Below the pieces are notes generated by a model. The model was not told the DNA's origin and did no database searches. It saw only the letters and a program-made list of their open reading frames with translations. From positions 69,130,001-69,194,000 of the forward strand of contig OX597814.1 in the NCBI GenBank assembly GCA_951406725.2: a DNA stretch of 64,000 bases, written 5' to 3'. Position numbers and translations under genes: made by a program. Below are positions 14,399 to 25,823 of the stretch, piece by piece (the stretch's first letter is position 1; the number at the start of each line of letters is the position of its first letter). The stretch comes from Octopus vulgaris. Its lineage: Eukaryota.

Positions 14399-16562
14399 TT
14401 ACTGCTCGAAAGTTTTTGCTTTCTCCTCCTTTGGTTTGTCCTCGAGGAGATCCCAGTAAAGTTTCTTTGTGAGGTACTTTTGGCATTTACCAACCGTACT
14501 GGGAAAAATGACTTTTAGTGTGTGGTGCAGACTTCTGGAAATATGCACTATTTTGATGTGGTCCGGTGGTGTGGTGCATGTGTGATTGTTTGTTTTTATG
14601 TCATCTTTTGTTATGTTTGTTTTTGATTTGATGTATTCCATCAAATTTGTGTTTTTGGTGTCTATAGCTGTGAGCATGTTTGCTGTATATATTTTTGTGG
14701 TGTTGGTGTGGCTGTTGTTTGTGTTGGGTTTTGAAATGTCTTCGGGAGATGTATTTCCTCCTGCTTTGTTTGTGTTTGCATTTGGTTTGGTTGTGTTTCT
14801 GCTCTTTATTTTCCTTCCTTTTCTAGCTATTTGCCATTTCTCACCGGTTTCGTCTTCCGACGAATTTTCTGAGGAATCAGAAGGGGGTAGGGGTATGTTG
14901 TAGGCTTCTATGTATGTCTGTGTAAGTGGTTGTGTTGTTATTTTCGTTGCTGTTGGTTGTTGAGTGTTTGTGTGTGGTGAGTGCGGTATAAGGGATGGGG
15001 AATCAGTTTTTGTATATTTTCTTTGTTTTTCTGTTCCTTTGGTTCTTGCTGTTGGTATTTTCTCAGGTGTTGAATAATTTTTGGTTGTTGATGGATTAGC
15101 TTGGTGTGTTTCTCTTGCCGTCTTCTGTGTTGATGGTGGTGTGGGTAGTAGAGCTTTTTTCTCGGAGCGTTTTGGTTGTGGTAGTGGTTGTTGTTGTTGC
15201 TCCTGATGTGCAGTGGTTGGGCACTTCTTTTTCAAGTGTGTTTCGCTTCCACACAAATAGCAACGTGGTCGCCTGCCCTCTACCACTACATAGAGTTTGT
15301 AGCCTTCTGGCAGTTCTATAGTGGTGGGTATCTTTTCTCTTGTTGTTTCATCCAATTGAAGGAGGAATTGGATTGATTTTTCCCACCCAGTTTTTCTGTC
15401 CTAGAACAGCGATTTCAAGAATGTTTGTCTCTGCTATTTCAAAGCAGATGGCAGAGACTAACCATTGTATTTCGACTTCAGATGGGACATTTTTTATTTG
15501 GATTTTCGTTATCCTCTGGCCTAAATAGATTGGTATCATTACCAAGTCGTCTGAGTGCAGCTCCAATGTGGAAAATTGTTTTGCTAGATTGTCGTTGAGG
15601 AAACGTACTTGGACTGTGCCAAATTTATTTCTCCAATTGATATACTCCTTTGAGTCCCATGCAGAACGAAGGCATTTTTCAATTTTTTCCTGCGGTGCAT
15701 TTTCTGGTCGTCTTGTTTTCTTGTTGATGACTTTGTAGATTTTTGCTTCTTTTGTGTGTGTTTTCCACGATGTGTTGTGGAATGTGAAGATGCAATTTGT
15801 CTCCTTCTTTGGTGAAGAGTGCTTTTGTGAGGTTTATTTCCTGTGTGGTGAATTTTACGATTGTTCGTTTTTGTTTTGTCGCATCCGCGAAATTCGTTTA
15901 AATTTTGGCGGTGTTAGCAGCAGAGGCGTTAGTTGTAGCAGTTGCAGTCATGGTAGTGGTGTTGGTGTTGGCGGTGTTGTCTTCGGTAGGCGGCTTTGTG
16001 CTGATTTCGTTGTTGTTGTTGTTGGTAGTGATGGTGGTGGTGCTGGCATTCATGTTTGCGTCTGTATTCATTTTTGAAATCCCTTTTTCTGTCTTTTTTT
16101 CATCGACAAGTGGTGTAGGGAGTGGGGGAAATCTAAGTTAATGTCTTTGGTGGCGGCGATGGTGAATGGATTTGCGACGTTATTTTTGTTGTTGTTGTTG
16201 GTGGTGGTGTTGGTGGTGGTGGTGGTGACAGCGGTGTTCAAGCTGCGAGGTTTAGCAACTGGCAGAAACGTTAGCACGCCGGGCGAAATGCTTAGCGGTA
16301 TTTCGTCTACGTTACGTTGTGAGTTCAAATTCCGCCGAGGTCGACTTTGCCTTTCATCCTTTCGGGGTCGATAAATTAAGTACCAGTTACGCACTGGGGT
16401 CGATGTAATCGACTTAATACCTATGTCTGTCCTTGTTTGTCCCCTCTGTGTTTAGCCCCTTGTGGGTAATAAAGAAATAGGTTTAGCAACTAGTGGTAGC
16501 AATAGTGTTTCGCTACCGTTCCGCATGACTGGCGGGCTAGCCACGTGGTTTCTTGTTGCCAT
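14399..16562 (-). pseudogene. Copy B ORF1 (RRM-like region, CCHC knuckle, T/N/P-rich low-complexity tails), interrupted by SINE and frameshifts
   Basis: ATG at 16562 (MATRNHV..); KIQIKNVPSE; VVVEGRRPRCYLCGSETHLKKKC; homologous to the ORF1s of copies A and C. Confidence 0.8.
16261..16478 (+). mobile_element. tRNA-derived octopus-type SINE with 13-bp TSD, inserted antisense in ORF1 of copy B
   Basis: A-box-like TGGCAGAAACGTT, B-box GAGTTCAAATT, Nin-like core CCTTTCGGGGTCGATAAATTAAGTACC. TSD AGGTTTAGCAACT at 16248-16260 and 16479-16491. Confidence 0.9.
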
Positions 16563-16789
16563 TTTCAAAATGAAAAATGACTAAAAGGAACCCACGAAAG
16601 TTTTGAACATTTTTGGTAATTTCGCCCATACAGGGGCGGAATTCTACGTGAATAATTCTCAGGTTTTTTAGTGAATGAACTTGCACAACCATTAAAACAA
16701 AATATTTGACAATAAGGAGTCTTTAACATGTAAAAGTGGCCAACTTACGTGGAGTCCATTTGACTAGCGTCCGTCCATGTCGGGGATAA

Positions 16790-16841
16790 GATAGATAGAT
16801 AGATCGATAATAGGTAGATAGATAGATAGATCGATAATAGG

Positions 16842-16903
<62 letters not shown>
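16790..16903. repeat. (GATA)n array 3 (with two GATCGATAATAGGTA interruptions)
   Basis: Read directly. Confidence 0.95.
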
Positions 16904-17269
16904 TGTTTCTTTATTAGCTACACAGGGCTGCACACAGACGGGACAGATTACAAAGTAGAGCTTTTCTTTTTTAGGGGAAAAAAAAGGCGTGGTAGGTTTT
17001 CGATCAAAAGGGATCGTAAAAGGGAAAGAAGAAAAAAAAAGAAAAAAGAGAAAAAATGGGGGGAAAAACAAACAAAAAGACAATTAATAGAGATCGTGTA
17101 TCGCAGTGTCATGATGTAAGGTGTAAAAGGGGAAGCAGATAAGGTTTATCCGTGGGAAGAAAAGCCTACGGAAAAGACCACGGCAACCTCGGTCAATATT
17201 GTTACATATTACCACATTTGTTTGCAAGTAGGTAACCCTCTGTTTTAAATTTCCGGGTTCATAGGATCA

Positions 17270-20200
17270 TAGGCATTCATACGTGCCATCCTTGCTACAT
17301 TCACCCATCTTTTTTAAAACATTTGCTAGACAAAACTTGCCTCTCTACTCTCACTTTCCTTTTCAAGTAATACTTGAAGAAGTTGATGAGAGATTGACCA
17401 GAGAGGAAAGTGTCTCCAATCCTTTCAGGCGCGTCCACCAGATACATTCTTTCGATATAGCCACAAGTATTTTAGAAATAGCACTTCCCTCCCGTTTGAA
17501 GGAAGGAGGCGTGGCGATATAAACGATAGACTCGGCTGATAAACACGTGACAGCAGTTGTTCGACATAAGCCCACAGGTCGGAGATTGTTGGACACTGCA
17601 CGATTGCGTGCAGAGTGGTTTCGTCGCTCTGACCGCACTCGGGCAGGTTGGCCCCGTGGTTCTCGAGCCATGACTATAGAGCTTATCCCGAATGGGTACC
17701 GCTTCTCGGTAGCACTGTCAGGCCAGGAATCTCTGGAAGTTGTCCATAGGTCCCGGCCCGAAAGTCGTCCCGAACAGGCGGGTCAGGTATTTCTCGTCGA
17801 CGCCTGGGTTCGTCCCAAGATCGTTGTCGTACCTCCCCTCCACTAATCCCCTATAGAATGCTTTGGTTGTGCTGAAGTCACTCAAGGTCGACCCGGGACG
17901 GCATAGTTGCTAGAGAGCAACGCGACACTGCGGTGCCATTCGCCCTTCCTCGGCCTCTTTTTGATCCACGACTGCAGTTCTGTCATGGAGACGAGCTGCG
18001 GAAAGCGTGCCTCACAAACGGCGACCACACCTGTTCACCGTCGTCTACATAGAGCCGGAGATGTTGCAGTCTCAGCGCGTGTCTGCACATCATCAACCAC
18101 GGCTTGCCCAGCCCTCCTTTTAACGGGTGTTGACTGCAAATTGATCACCTGACCATCGGGACGCATCCTTTCCACAAGAAGCGAAAAAGAATGCGCTCTA
18201 GTTTGGTGATGGTAGGGTCGGGACAAGGTACGTCGGTCAGGCGGTAGTAGATGATGGACGCGATGTACGTGCTCGCCACCTCCGCCCGACTTTTTAGGGA
18301 CAGTTTCCTCTCGGCCCATTGCCGGGCGAGAATGACCACCCTACTCGTTATCTCGTTCCAATTCTTCTCCATTTGGAGGTCCGGACCGAACCAGACCCCG
18401 AGCAACTCGACCGGGCCGTCCGTCCAGCGTCCCACGACGGAGGTGCTGGTGGATGACATGGGCTTGCTTCTCCAGGTGCCGAGCCTCAAACCCGCTGATT
18501 TTCCCGGTTGATTTTTGCTCCTATCACCGTTTCATAGTCTTTCAGTGTCTCGCCGACCAGCTCGATGTGCTCGTGCCTTGACACTATGATGGTGACGTCG
18601 TCCGCGTATGCAGACACGCTCGTCCCGCATCCCAGTTCTCGCGGGATGCCCCTCAGAGTCACCAGCTTTCGCAGTAGTGGTTCGAGAGTCAATACGTATA
18701 GAAGCGACGAGAGGGGGCATCCCTGACGGACCGAATGTGCAATGTCGAAAGGTCTCGACAGATGTCCATTTACGCGAATTATCGAACGGATGCCTCTGTA
18801 CAAAGCAGCTATCAAGCCGCGGAAGACGGGACCGAAACCAGCCGCTCTGAGGACAGCCTCCAAGTATCGATGGTCTACCCTATCGAAAGCTTTTGATTGA
18901 TCCAAATTGATCAGGGCCCCACCCATGCCAGGTTCCTTAACTACTCTGTCTATGATGTAGCGCATCAGATGGAGGCTGTCATGGATGCTCCGGCCCGGCA
19001 CGGCGCACGTTTGTGCCTTGTCGACCAGTTTCTCGATGACAAGCGCCAACCTCTTGGCTAACACCTTGGTCAAAATTTTCAGGTCTGCATTGAGCAGAGT
19101 GATGGGCCTAAAGTTATCTATAATGTCCCCCTTGTTTGGATCTTTCTTCAGCAGCGTTACGGCTCCTCGACTCACAAAACCGGGTATGCTCCCGTTTTGC
19201 TGCCAGTTGTAGTACACCAATTGTAAAACTCGTAGGGCAGACCATCCGAACCCGGCGAATTGTCTCTCGAGCATTCTGCCATTGCGTCCTGCACTTCCGC
19301 CACCGTGATGGTACTTTCGCATCACTCTGCCTCTCTTGCCGAGAGTCGTGGCAAGCTGTGCAGGTAGTCCCTGAAGTTCAAACTGCGTTCTCGCTTGCCA
19401 CTCGTCCCGTACAGTCGGGAAAAGAGCCGCTGAAATGCCTCGCACATCTTGCTGGGCTCAAGCAATTCGCGCCCTAGTTCGTCTACCAGAGACTGAATGG
19501 TGGCTTTGTTGCCCCGTTGCGCCTCCGCCACCCGGGCCTCTCTTGCGGCTCCAACACCTTCCATCCTTAGAGCACACATCCTAGCCCTGACAGCACACCT
19601 TTCGTGTTTGGCGTTGAAGTGTTGGTCGAGGGCCAACCTCCCCACCAAAACGTCGGATGTGATGCCGCTTCTAATTGCCTCTTCTAACTTCTTAACTAGC
19701 TCACCCTCTACTCTGTTTCTACCTATGGCTAGTGGCTAGTGCTTTGCTATACCTAATGGCTTCTGCTTTTACTGCTCTCTTGAGGGCAAACCACCATTTG
19801 TTGTTGACGATGGCTCCCGTTAAAGACCTCTTTACAAACGTGTTGATTCTGTCTCCGAAAACCTGTCTGGACGGGAAAGAAGCGATTAGTTTCCAGTAAC
19901 CGGGACCCTGTCTATGTGCCTTATCTAAGTCTAGCGTACACATTACGAATTTGTGATCCGTGTAGCAGACTGTGTGGAATTTTGGACATCCTAAATTATC
20001 CCTGTCTACTGTCCTACACAGTATCCTATCTAGATACGATCTCGACGACCCACTGCGGTTGCTCCATGTCCACGTTGGTGCATTTGGGTGGTCGAATCGG
20101 TACCTGTCAGACAGTTGAAAGCGTCTGAGCAGGTCTCTGAGGCATTTACATCCCCGTCTATTTTTGTCTCTCTCTACGTAGTCTAGATGCGTGTCCAAGG

Positions 20201-20633
20201 TAGCATTCCAATCCCCCACTAAAAGTAAAGGACGAGACGTTCCCAAGAATACTTCTAGACGTCGAAAGAAATCCGGCCGACCTGTTGAAGGCGGTGCATA
20301 GACTGCCAGGAGTCGAAAAGCGAACCCATCCCTGCCGTCGACAGCCAGGACAACCAGTCTACCCTCCGGGTCTACGAATATCGTCTTGACTTCGAGATCC
20401 AGACTCTTGCGAAAAAGTACCACGGTGCCACTACCACCCATTCTTGGCAGACAGGGAGAAAAATAAATGTTAAACTGTCCGCCAAACATGGACTTTAGGG
20501 CCCGTGGTTCATGGTGTCTGGTCTCACTTATTGCTATAATTTCCAAATTATGTGACTTGATGTCATTTAAAAGGTACCCTTGTTTCCAAGGGGACCCCAA
20601 GCCACGCGCATTCACACAACCAATCTTCACCAT
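17270..20633 (-). pseudogene. Copy C ORF2 (APE-RT), frameshifted
   Basis: ORFs 19719-20633, 19322-19648, 18486-19445 and 18145-18489 are collinear with copy B ORF2. Confidence 0.9.
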
Positions 20634-20683
20634 GATCCTATTGAGTTGTGTGCTTTAAAACACAAACGAAAGGAAAGGAGAGT

Positions 20684-22707
20684 TACTTACCTTTCGAAAG
20701 ATTTGTCTCCTCCTTTGATTTTTCATCAAGGAGGCTGTTATACGTTTTTTTACATAAATATTTATGACATCCCCCTACCGCATTGGGATAGAGGGATTTT
20801 AGTGTGTGGTGCAATGTTGGTGATATTGATAAATTTTCATGTGTTCTGGTAGTGTTGTGTGTGGGTGGTTGTTCGTTTTAATGTCGTTTTCTGTAATGTT
20901 TGTGTTTGTATTGATGTATTTCATAAAATCTGTGTTTTTGGTGTCTATGGCTGTGAGCATATTCTTTTTGTATATTTTTGTGGCGTTGATATTGTGTGGG
21001 GTAGGGTTTGAGATGTCTTCGGGAGATGTATATCTCCCTGCTTTGTTTGCGTTTGTATTGGATTTTGTTCTTTTTTAGTTCCTTTTCCTCCTTCCTTTTC
21101 TGGCTATTTGCCATTCCTCAGTGCTTTCGTCTTTTGTATTGTCTTTTGGTTTTACTGTTTCTTTAGTTCTTGCTGTTTGTGGTGTTTTTTCAGATGTTGC
21201 TGTGTGTTCATTTGTTGGTGTTGGCAGGTTTGGTTTTGTACTCCCTTTGTCTGTCCTCTGTGCTGATGGTGGTGTGGGTAGTAGTGGTTCTGTTCTCACT
21301 GTTGTTTTTTGGTGTTTTTTCAGATGTCGTTGTATGTTCATTTGTTGGTGTTGGCGAGTTTGGTTCCGTATTCCCTTTGCTTGCCTTCTGTGCTGATGGT
21401 GGTGTGGGTAGTAGTGGTTCTTTTTTCTTTTGTCTTTTTCCTTGTTGTGGTTGTTGTTCTTGTTCTGGTTTTTGTTGTTGTTTTTTTGCTGTTGGGCAAT
21501 CATTTTTGAGGTGTTCCTCGCTGCCACACAAGTAACAGCGAGGCCTCCTACCCTCTACCACCACGTAAAGGAAATTACGGTCTGGCAGCTCAATTTGGTG
21601 GGGGATGTTATTGATTTGGTTTTGATCAATTTGCATTAATAACTGAACTATTTTCCCCGACCATTTCTTTTCCTCCAAGGCGGCATATTCCAGAATATTT
21701 ATATTTTCTTCCATTTTGTTGCAAATGGCTGACAACAGCCATTGTGAATCTATTTCTGGAGGGACATTTTTAATTGAAATTTTGGTCACGCGTTGACCAA
21801 GGTAGGTTGGAATTAAAATTAGTTTTTCCGACTGTAATGTGAGCGTCGAAAGTTCTTTCGCTCTTTCTTCGCTGTCGAAGCGAACCTGTATCGTGGCATA
21901 TTTGTTTCCCCAATTCAAATAATTTTTGTAGGCCCATATTGGTCTTAAACAGTTTTCAATCAGTTCTGGTTGGGCTTGTTCTGGTCTGCGTGTTTTTTTG
22001 CGTTTAGGACTTTGTATATTATTGTTTTCTTTTGTGTGTTGTCTATGATGTTTTGTGGTATATGTAAGCGTAGATGTGAACCTTCTTCAGTTAACAGGGC
22101 TTTTGTTTGTTTTATATGTTCTGTTGTGAAGTGTAATATTGTCTTTTTTGGTTTTAATGCTTGTTCAAAATTGGGTTTGGTGGTAGTGTTGGTGGCAGAG
22201 GTGTCAGTTGTAGTAGTTGAGGTTGTAGTAGTGCTGTTATTGTAGGCGGTTATCGTACGCGGCAAAACGACGATATCGTTGTTGTTATTGTCGTTCTTGG
22301 TGGCGGCGGCGGCGGCGGTGTTAGTGGCAAGGGAGGCAGCCGTAGTAGCAGATATTGAAGTGGTGGCATTGGTATTGACGGCACGGTGTTTGGTGGCGGT
22401 GATGGTGATTGGTCTGGTGATCTTGATTTTGTTATTGTTGTTGGTAGTGGTATCGTTAGCAGAGGAAGCAGTTGTAGTAGCAGAAACCGCCATGGTGGTG
22501 GTGTCGGTGTTGATGGTGGGATCATCGGTGGCGGTGACGGTGCTTGGGCTTGGTACCTTGGTTGTTGCTGTTGTTGATGCTAATGGTGGTGGTGGTGTTA
22601 GTAGCGTTCAAACTGTCAGGTTCAGCGTTTAGTGGCAGGGAATCTTGCTCTTTTGTTTCGGCGTCGCGCTTGACTTGCGCCTCGGCATCGTGGTGACCAG
22701 TAGCCAT
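20684..22707 (-). pseudogene. Copy C ORF1, frameshifted, with an internal 130-bp tandem duplication
   Basis: ORFs 22522-22707, 21960-22493 and 21208-21918; duplicated segment 21181-21291 / 21311-21421. Confidence 0.8.
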
Positions 22708-22909
22708 TTTAGAAAATAAAAATGGCTAAAATTTTTGAGAATCTTTTTAAATTTTGCCCACAAGGGGCGAAATTTTGTGTGGATGTTAATGAAAGTATGG
22801 GTTGGGTGTTGTTGTACACCTTTTAGACATAAAATGTTTGACAATCAACAATTTTAAACGTAGAAAACTACCAACTTACTTGGAGCCCATTTAACTTGCG
22901 TCCATCCTC

Positions 22910-22911
<2 letters not shown>

Positions 22912-22990
<79 letters not shown>
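22912..22990. repeat. (GATA)n array 4
   Basis: Pure GATA run. Confidence 0.95.
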
Positions 22991-23309
22991 GGACACACAC
23001 AAAAGTCTAGTGCTGTGAGAACACATGGTAATGACGTTTCCTTGCTTTTTCAAATATACCCACATTTAAAATGATCTAATATAACGATAACATTCATTCG
23101 GTATGTGTTGAAATATGCCAAAACAATTTAATGCCACACAAATATATGTTACTTTACATATAATTTATGTGATAATTCTATTTACTGAAATTTGCTAAAA
23201 AGCATATTTTGCTTTAAAGTAGTATCTCCTTGAAAACACAGTTGTCAGTAATTATACATTATATTTTTACATTAGCCTTTTTGTCAGTAATTATACATTA
23301 TATTTTTAC

Positions 23310-25050
23310 ATTAGCCTTCTTTCGAACTCTAGATAATACAACATACAGCTGACCATGTGAGAAGAATTGTGTCGGACGATATATTCCAATTTGCTCAAAA
23401 GTCTGTCCCTATGCTTTGTTGCGTGTCAAGGCAAAAGTTGGCTTGACAGGAAATTGTTTGCGTGTAAATGGAAATGGAAATTCCATTTCTTGAGATACAT
23501 GTGGTATTCTTGGGATTATCAGAGTTGATCCTGCATAAGGACCAGAAGTAACCTCAGTTCCAATAAAATGATCATGTAAACTGACAATGATGTAGTGTGA
23601 GCCATTTCAATGTTCATTAGTAGCATCTAAATTTCTCAGAAGCATTATGCATCGTTTTTTCTTCAGTTTGAGAATGTGTGGTGGAAACCCTGATGGTGCA
23701 AATTTGTTGATGAACTCGATTGGGTATAGAGTTTCATTATCAACAGTATCTGAGCTTCAGTATATTTTTAGCTCACCAGGGATCCTGGTCAACAGAAAAT
23801 CATTTACAAATTGTGCTGCTTCATTTGCTAGAGTAACAATGGTTCTATTTGCAAGCCCCACAGGGTTTGAGAAGTTATTTTTGAGTTCAGCATATACAAA
23901 GTCACATAGATCTGAAAGAGTACCACTTTCAAGGCCAGGGTTATTGGGTAGTTTGATTTTGAATTCACCTTGGCTTTGTTCTACAGAAATGTTACCATAA
24001 GAAGATAATTAGCAAACTCTCTTTCATCAGAATTACCTTCTGTAATAAGTCTTAGATTGGTTGTCAACTCCACTACTTCCACATGATCGCAAAGAAAAGA
24101 TCACTTTTGTGTTGCATCAACAATTTGTGATCTGACATCATTATTTTGAAAGAGAATATTCTCCTCTCGAGATACCCTAACCAACCGGTCATGTGTAGCG
24201 AAAACAGAATCATGTCTACGCCTCTGTGAATATTCAGGCATCTGTTTCAGTCGCTTTGCCCATGTTACATCTGATTCAGTTGCCCGTCTTTTTTCCTGCC
24301 GTTGTGCCTTTGCTGCTAAATTTTCTTTTTCAGTCGCATATTATATATAAATGAAAACTCGTTAAAAACTATCTTGCTTAGCGTGCTAGAAATAGCAGCG
24401 ATCACAGTTATTATTGTAAGGCTTATAGCGTTCCAAGTAGCCATACCAACAAAATCCCTTCTTCGTTAAAAAAAAATTATACCGGTATATTAAAGAATTT
24501 TCATTTTATCAAAAATATTCCGGAAACTGATAATATTATGGAAGTTATGCCTCGTATCAAAGTTATACAGCTATTTTGTGTAGTAGCATGCATTCATTTA
24601 ACACACAATCACCGGTATATTAAAAAATTGTCATTTTATCAAAAATATTCATTTAACAAACTCCGGAAACTGAAATTGTGACTCGTATCAAACTTATATA
24701 GCTATTGTTAAATTATCATTAATGAAAAAAAAAAGCGAGCGAGAGACTGTTACAAATAAAAACGTAAAATGTTGCCTGCAGCGAATTAATAGTGTTTATT
24801 ATTAAACATTAAAATCTACTCCGCAGTGAATGAAATGAATATCTAAATTCATGAAGAATTGAACGCAGTGAATCCAATGAATATTTAAATTTGCAAGAAT
24901 TTAAAGTATCGAAATTATAGGCAATTTCTTAGAACATTAATATATAAAAATATTTCCAGGCGGTTAAGCTTTTAATATTGCTTTCTTTTTGTATTTTTAG
25001 TAATTGTTACATACCTAATTAATAAGCAGCTTTCTCCATTATAATATAGA
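23310..25050 (-). mobile_element. Helitron relic (PIF1-like helicase C-terminus, internally deleted)
   Basis: Minus-strand translation APSGFPPHILKLKKKRCIMLLRNLD..LIIPRIP..FPFTRKQFPVKPTFALT.NKA*GQTF..SHGQLYV, and VELTTNLR near 24060. Candidate 5' terminus A|TCTATATTATAA at 25050; 3' CTRR end not identified with confidence. Confidence 0.8.
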
Positions 25051-25092
25051 TTATCATCATTATTATTATCTACGTTATAATTATTATTATTC

Positions 25093-25823
25093 CGGTGCCA
25101 TGGGAAGAGAACATCGGCAATGCAGAGGAACGAAAGGAGAAGAGGTACGAAAAACTAATCGAAGAGTGCAGAGAATAGGGATGGAATATCGAGTATTACC
25201 ACCTGGCAGTGGGGGATAGAGGATTCATTGAAAGGAAAATGACAACGCTATTCAAAAGAAGATTTGTTTTTTCTAGCTCGAGGCTGCGAAAACTAATAAG
25301 GAGAGTACAGGAGCCGGTCGAAAAATCCAGCGGGAAGACCAAAAATGGTTCGAAAGTCATAACATGCCGGCGGGAAATAACATCACAAGGTGAGACAAGC
25401 TGACACTGAATTAGCTTCGCTGACTGACCAAGTGACGGTTGTTTAGAGAATAGACTAAGACTACGCGCCTTCATTGGTCAGTTAAAGTTGAGACAGTGTC
25501 ACGTGACAACTTGCTGGGACTGTCTGCTGGAGCCTAGCGGCAGGTATTTAAAGGTAAAAAATTTGACAAGTCAGTCAGTCGTCGGCTGACACTCGTTGAC
25601 GCTAAACCAAAGAGGCCAGGGAACGGAAGAAAGAAGAAACAAGACATGCACCCAACACCAGAGCTGAAGACACCGCCGAAAGGTAGGAGCCCGCCACGTC
25701 AAAACGGTAGCGGAGTAGGAGCCGAAACCGGACGTGGTTCCTTCTGATGATGTCTTGAGCTAACTGGATCCTATAAAGGAGCTGTTGTGGTAGCAGACCA
25801 CGAAACACGGTTGTAATTCCTCC
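25093..25823 (+). mobile_element. HERO-like (RLE) non-LTR 3' fragment with 12-bp TSD in an (ATT)n site
   Basis: VPWEENIGNAEERKEKRYEKLIEEC..GW..LAVGDRGF; TTATTATTATTC at 25081-25092 and 25824-25835. Confidence 0.7.

Larger units (their letters stand above)
10578..16789 (-). mobile_element. Tx1-clade LINE copy B, full-length (~6.2 kb including a SINE insertion)
   Basis: 5' UTR, ORF1, ORF2 (APE-RT-CCHC) and a 3' UTR ending AATAAAGAAAC directly before (ATCT)n. Confidence 0.93.
16904..22911 (-). mobile_element. Tx1-clade LINE copy C, full-length (~6.0 kb)
   Basis: ORF1 from ATG 22707 with CYLCGSEEHLKNDC; ORF2 from ATG 20633 (MVKIGCVNARGL..GDWN..YLDRI..YTDH); RT 18486-19445; 3' UTR homologous to copy B; (GATA)n on both sides. 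Confidence 0.93.

Noticed and set aside
7857-22632. Plus-strand ORFs antisense to the Tx1 elements
   Set aside because: Shadow ORFs of GC-rich or low-complexity coding sequence; not consistently preserved as one frame.
23007-23030. CTAG as the Helitron 3' terminus
   Set aside because: Weak hairpin, and the following base on the minus strand is A rather than the expected T.
25660-25810. CTGAAGA..GAAA and CTGATGA..GAAA as hammerheads in the HERO-like 3' region
   Set aside because: Stems I-III do not pair convincingly.
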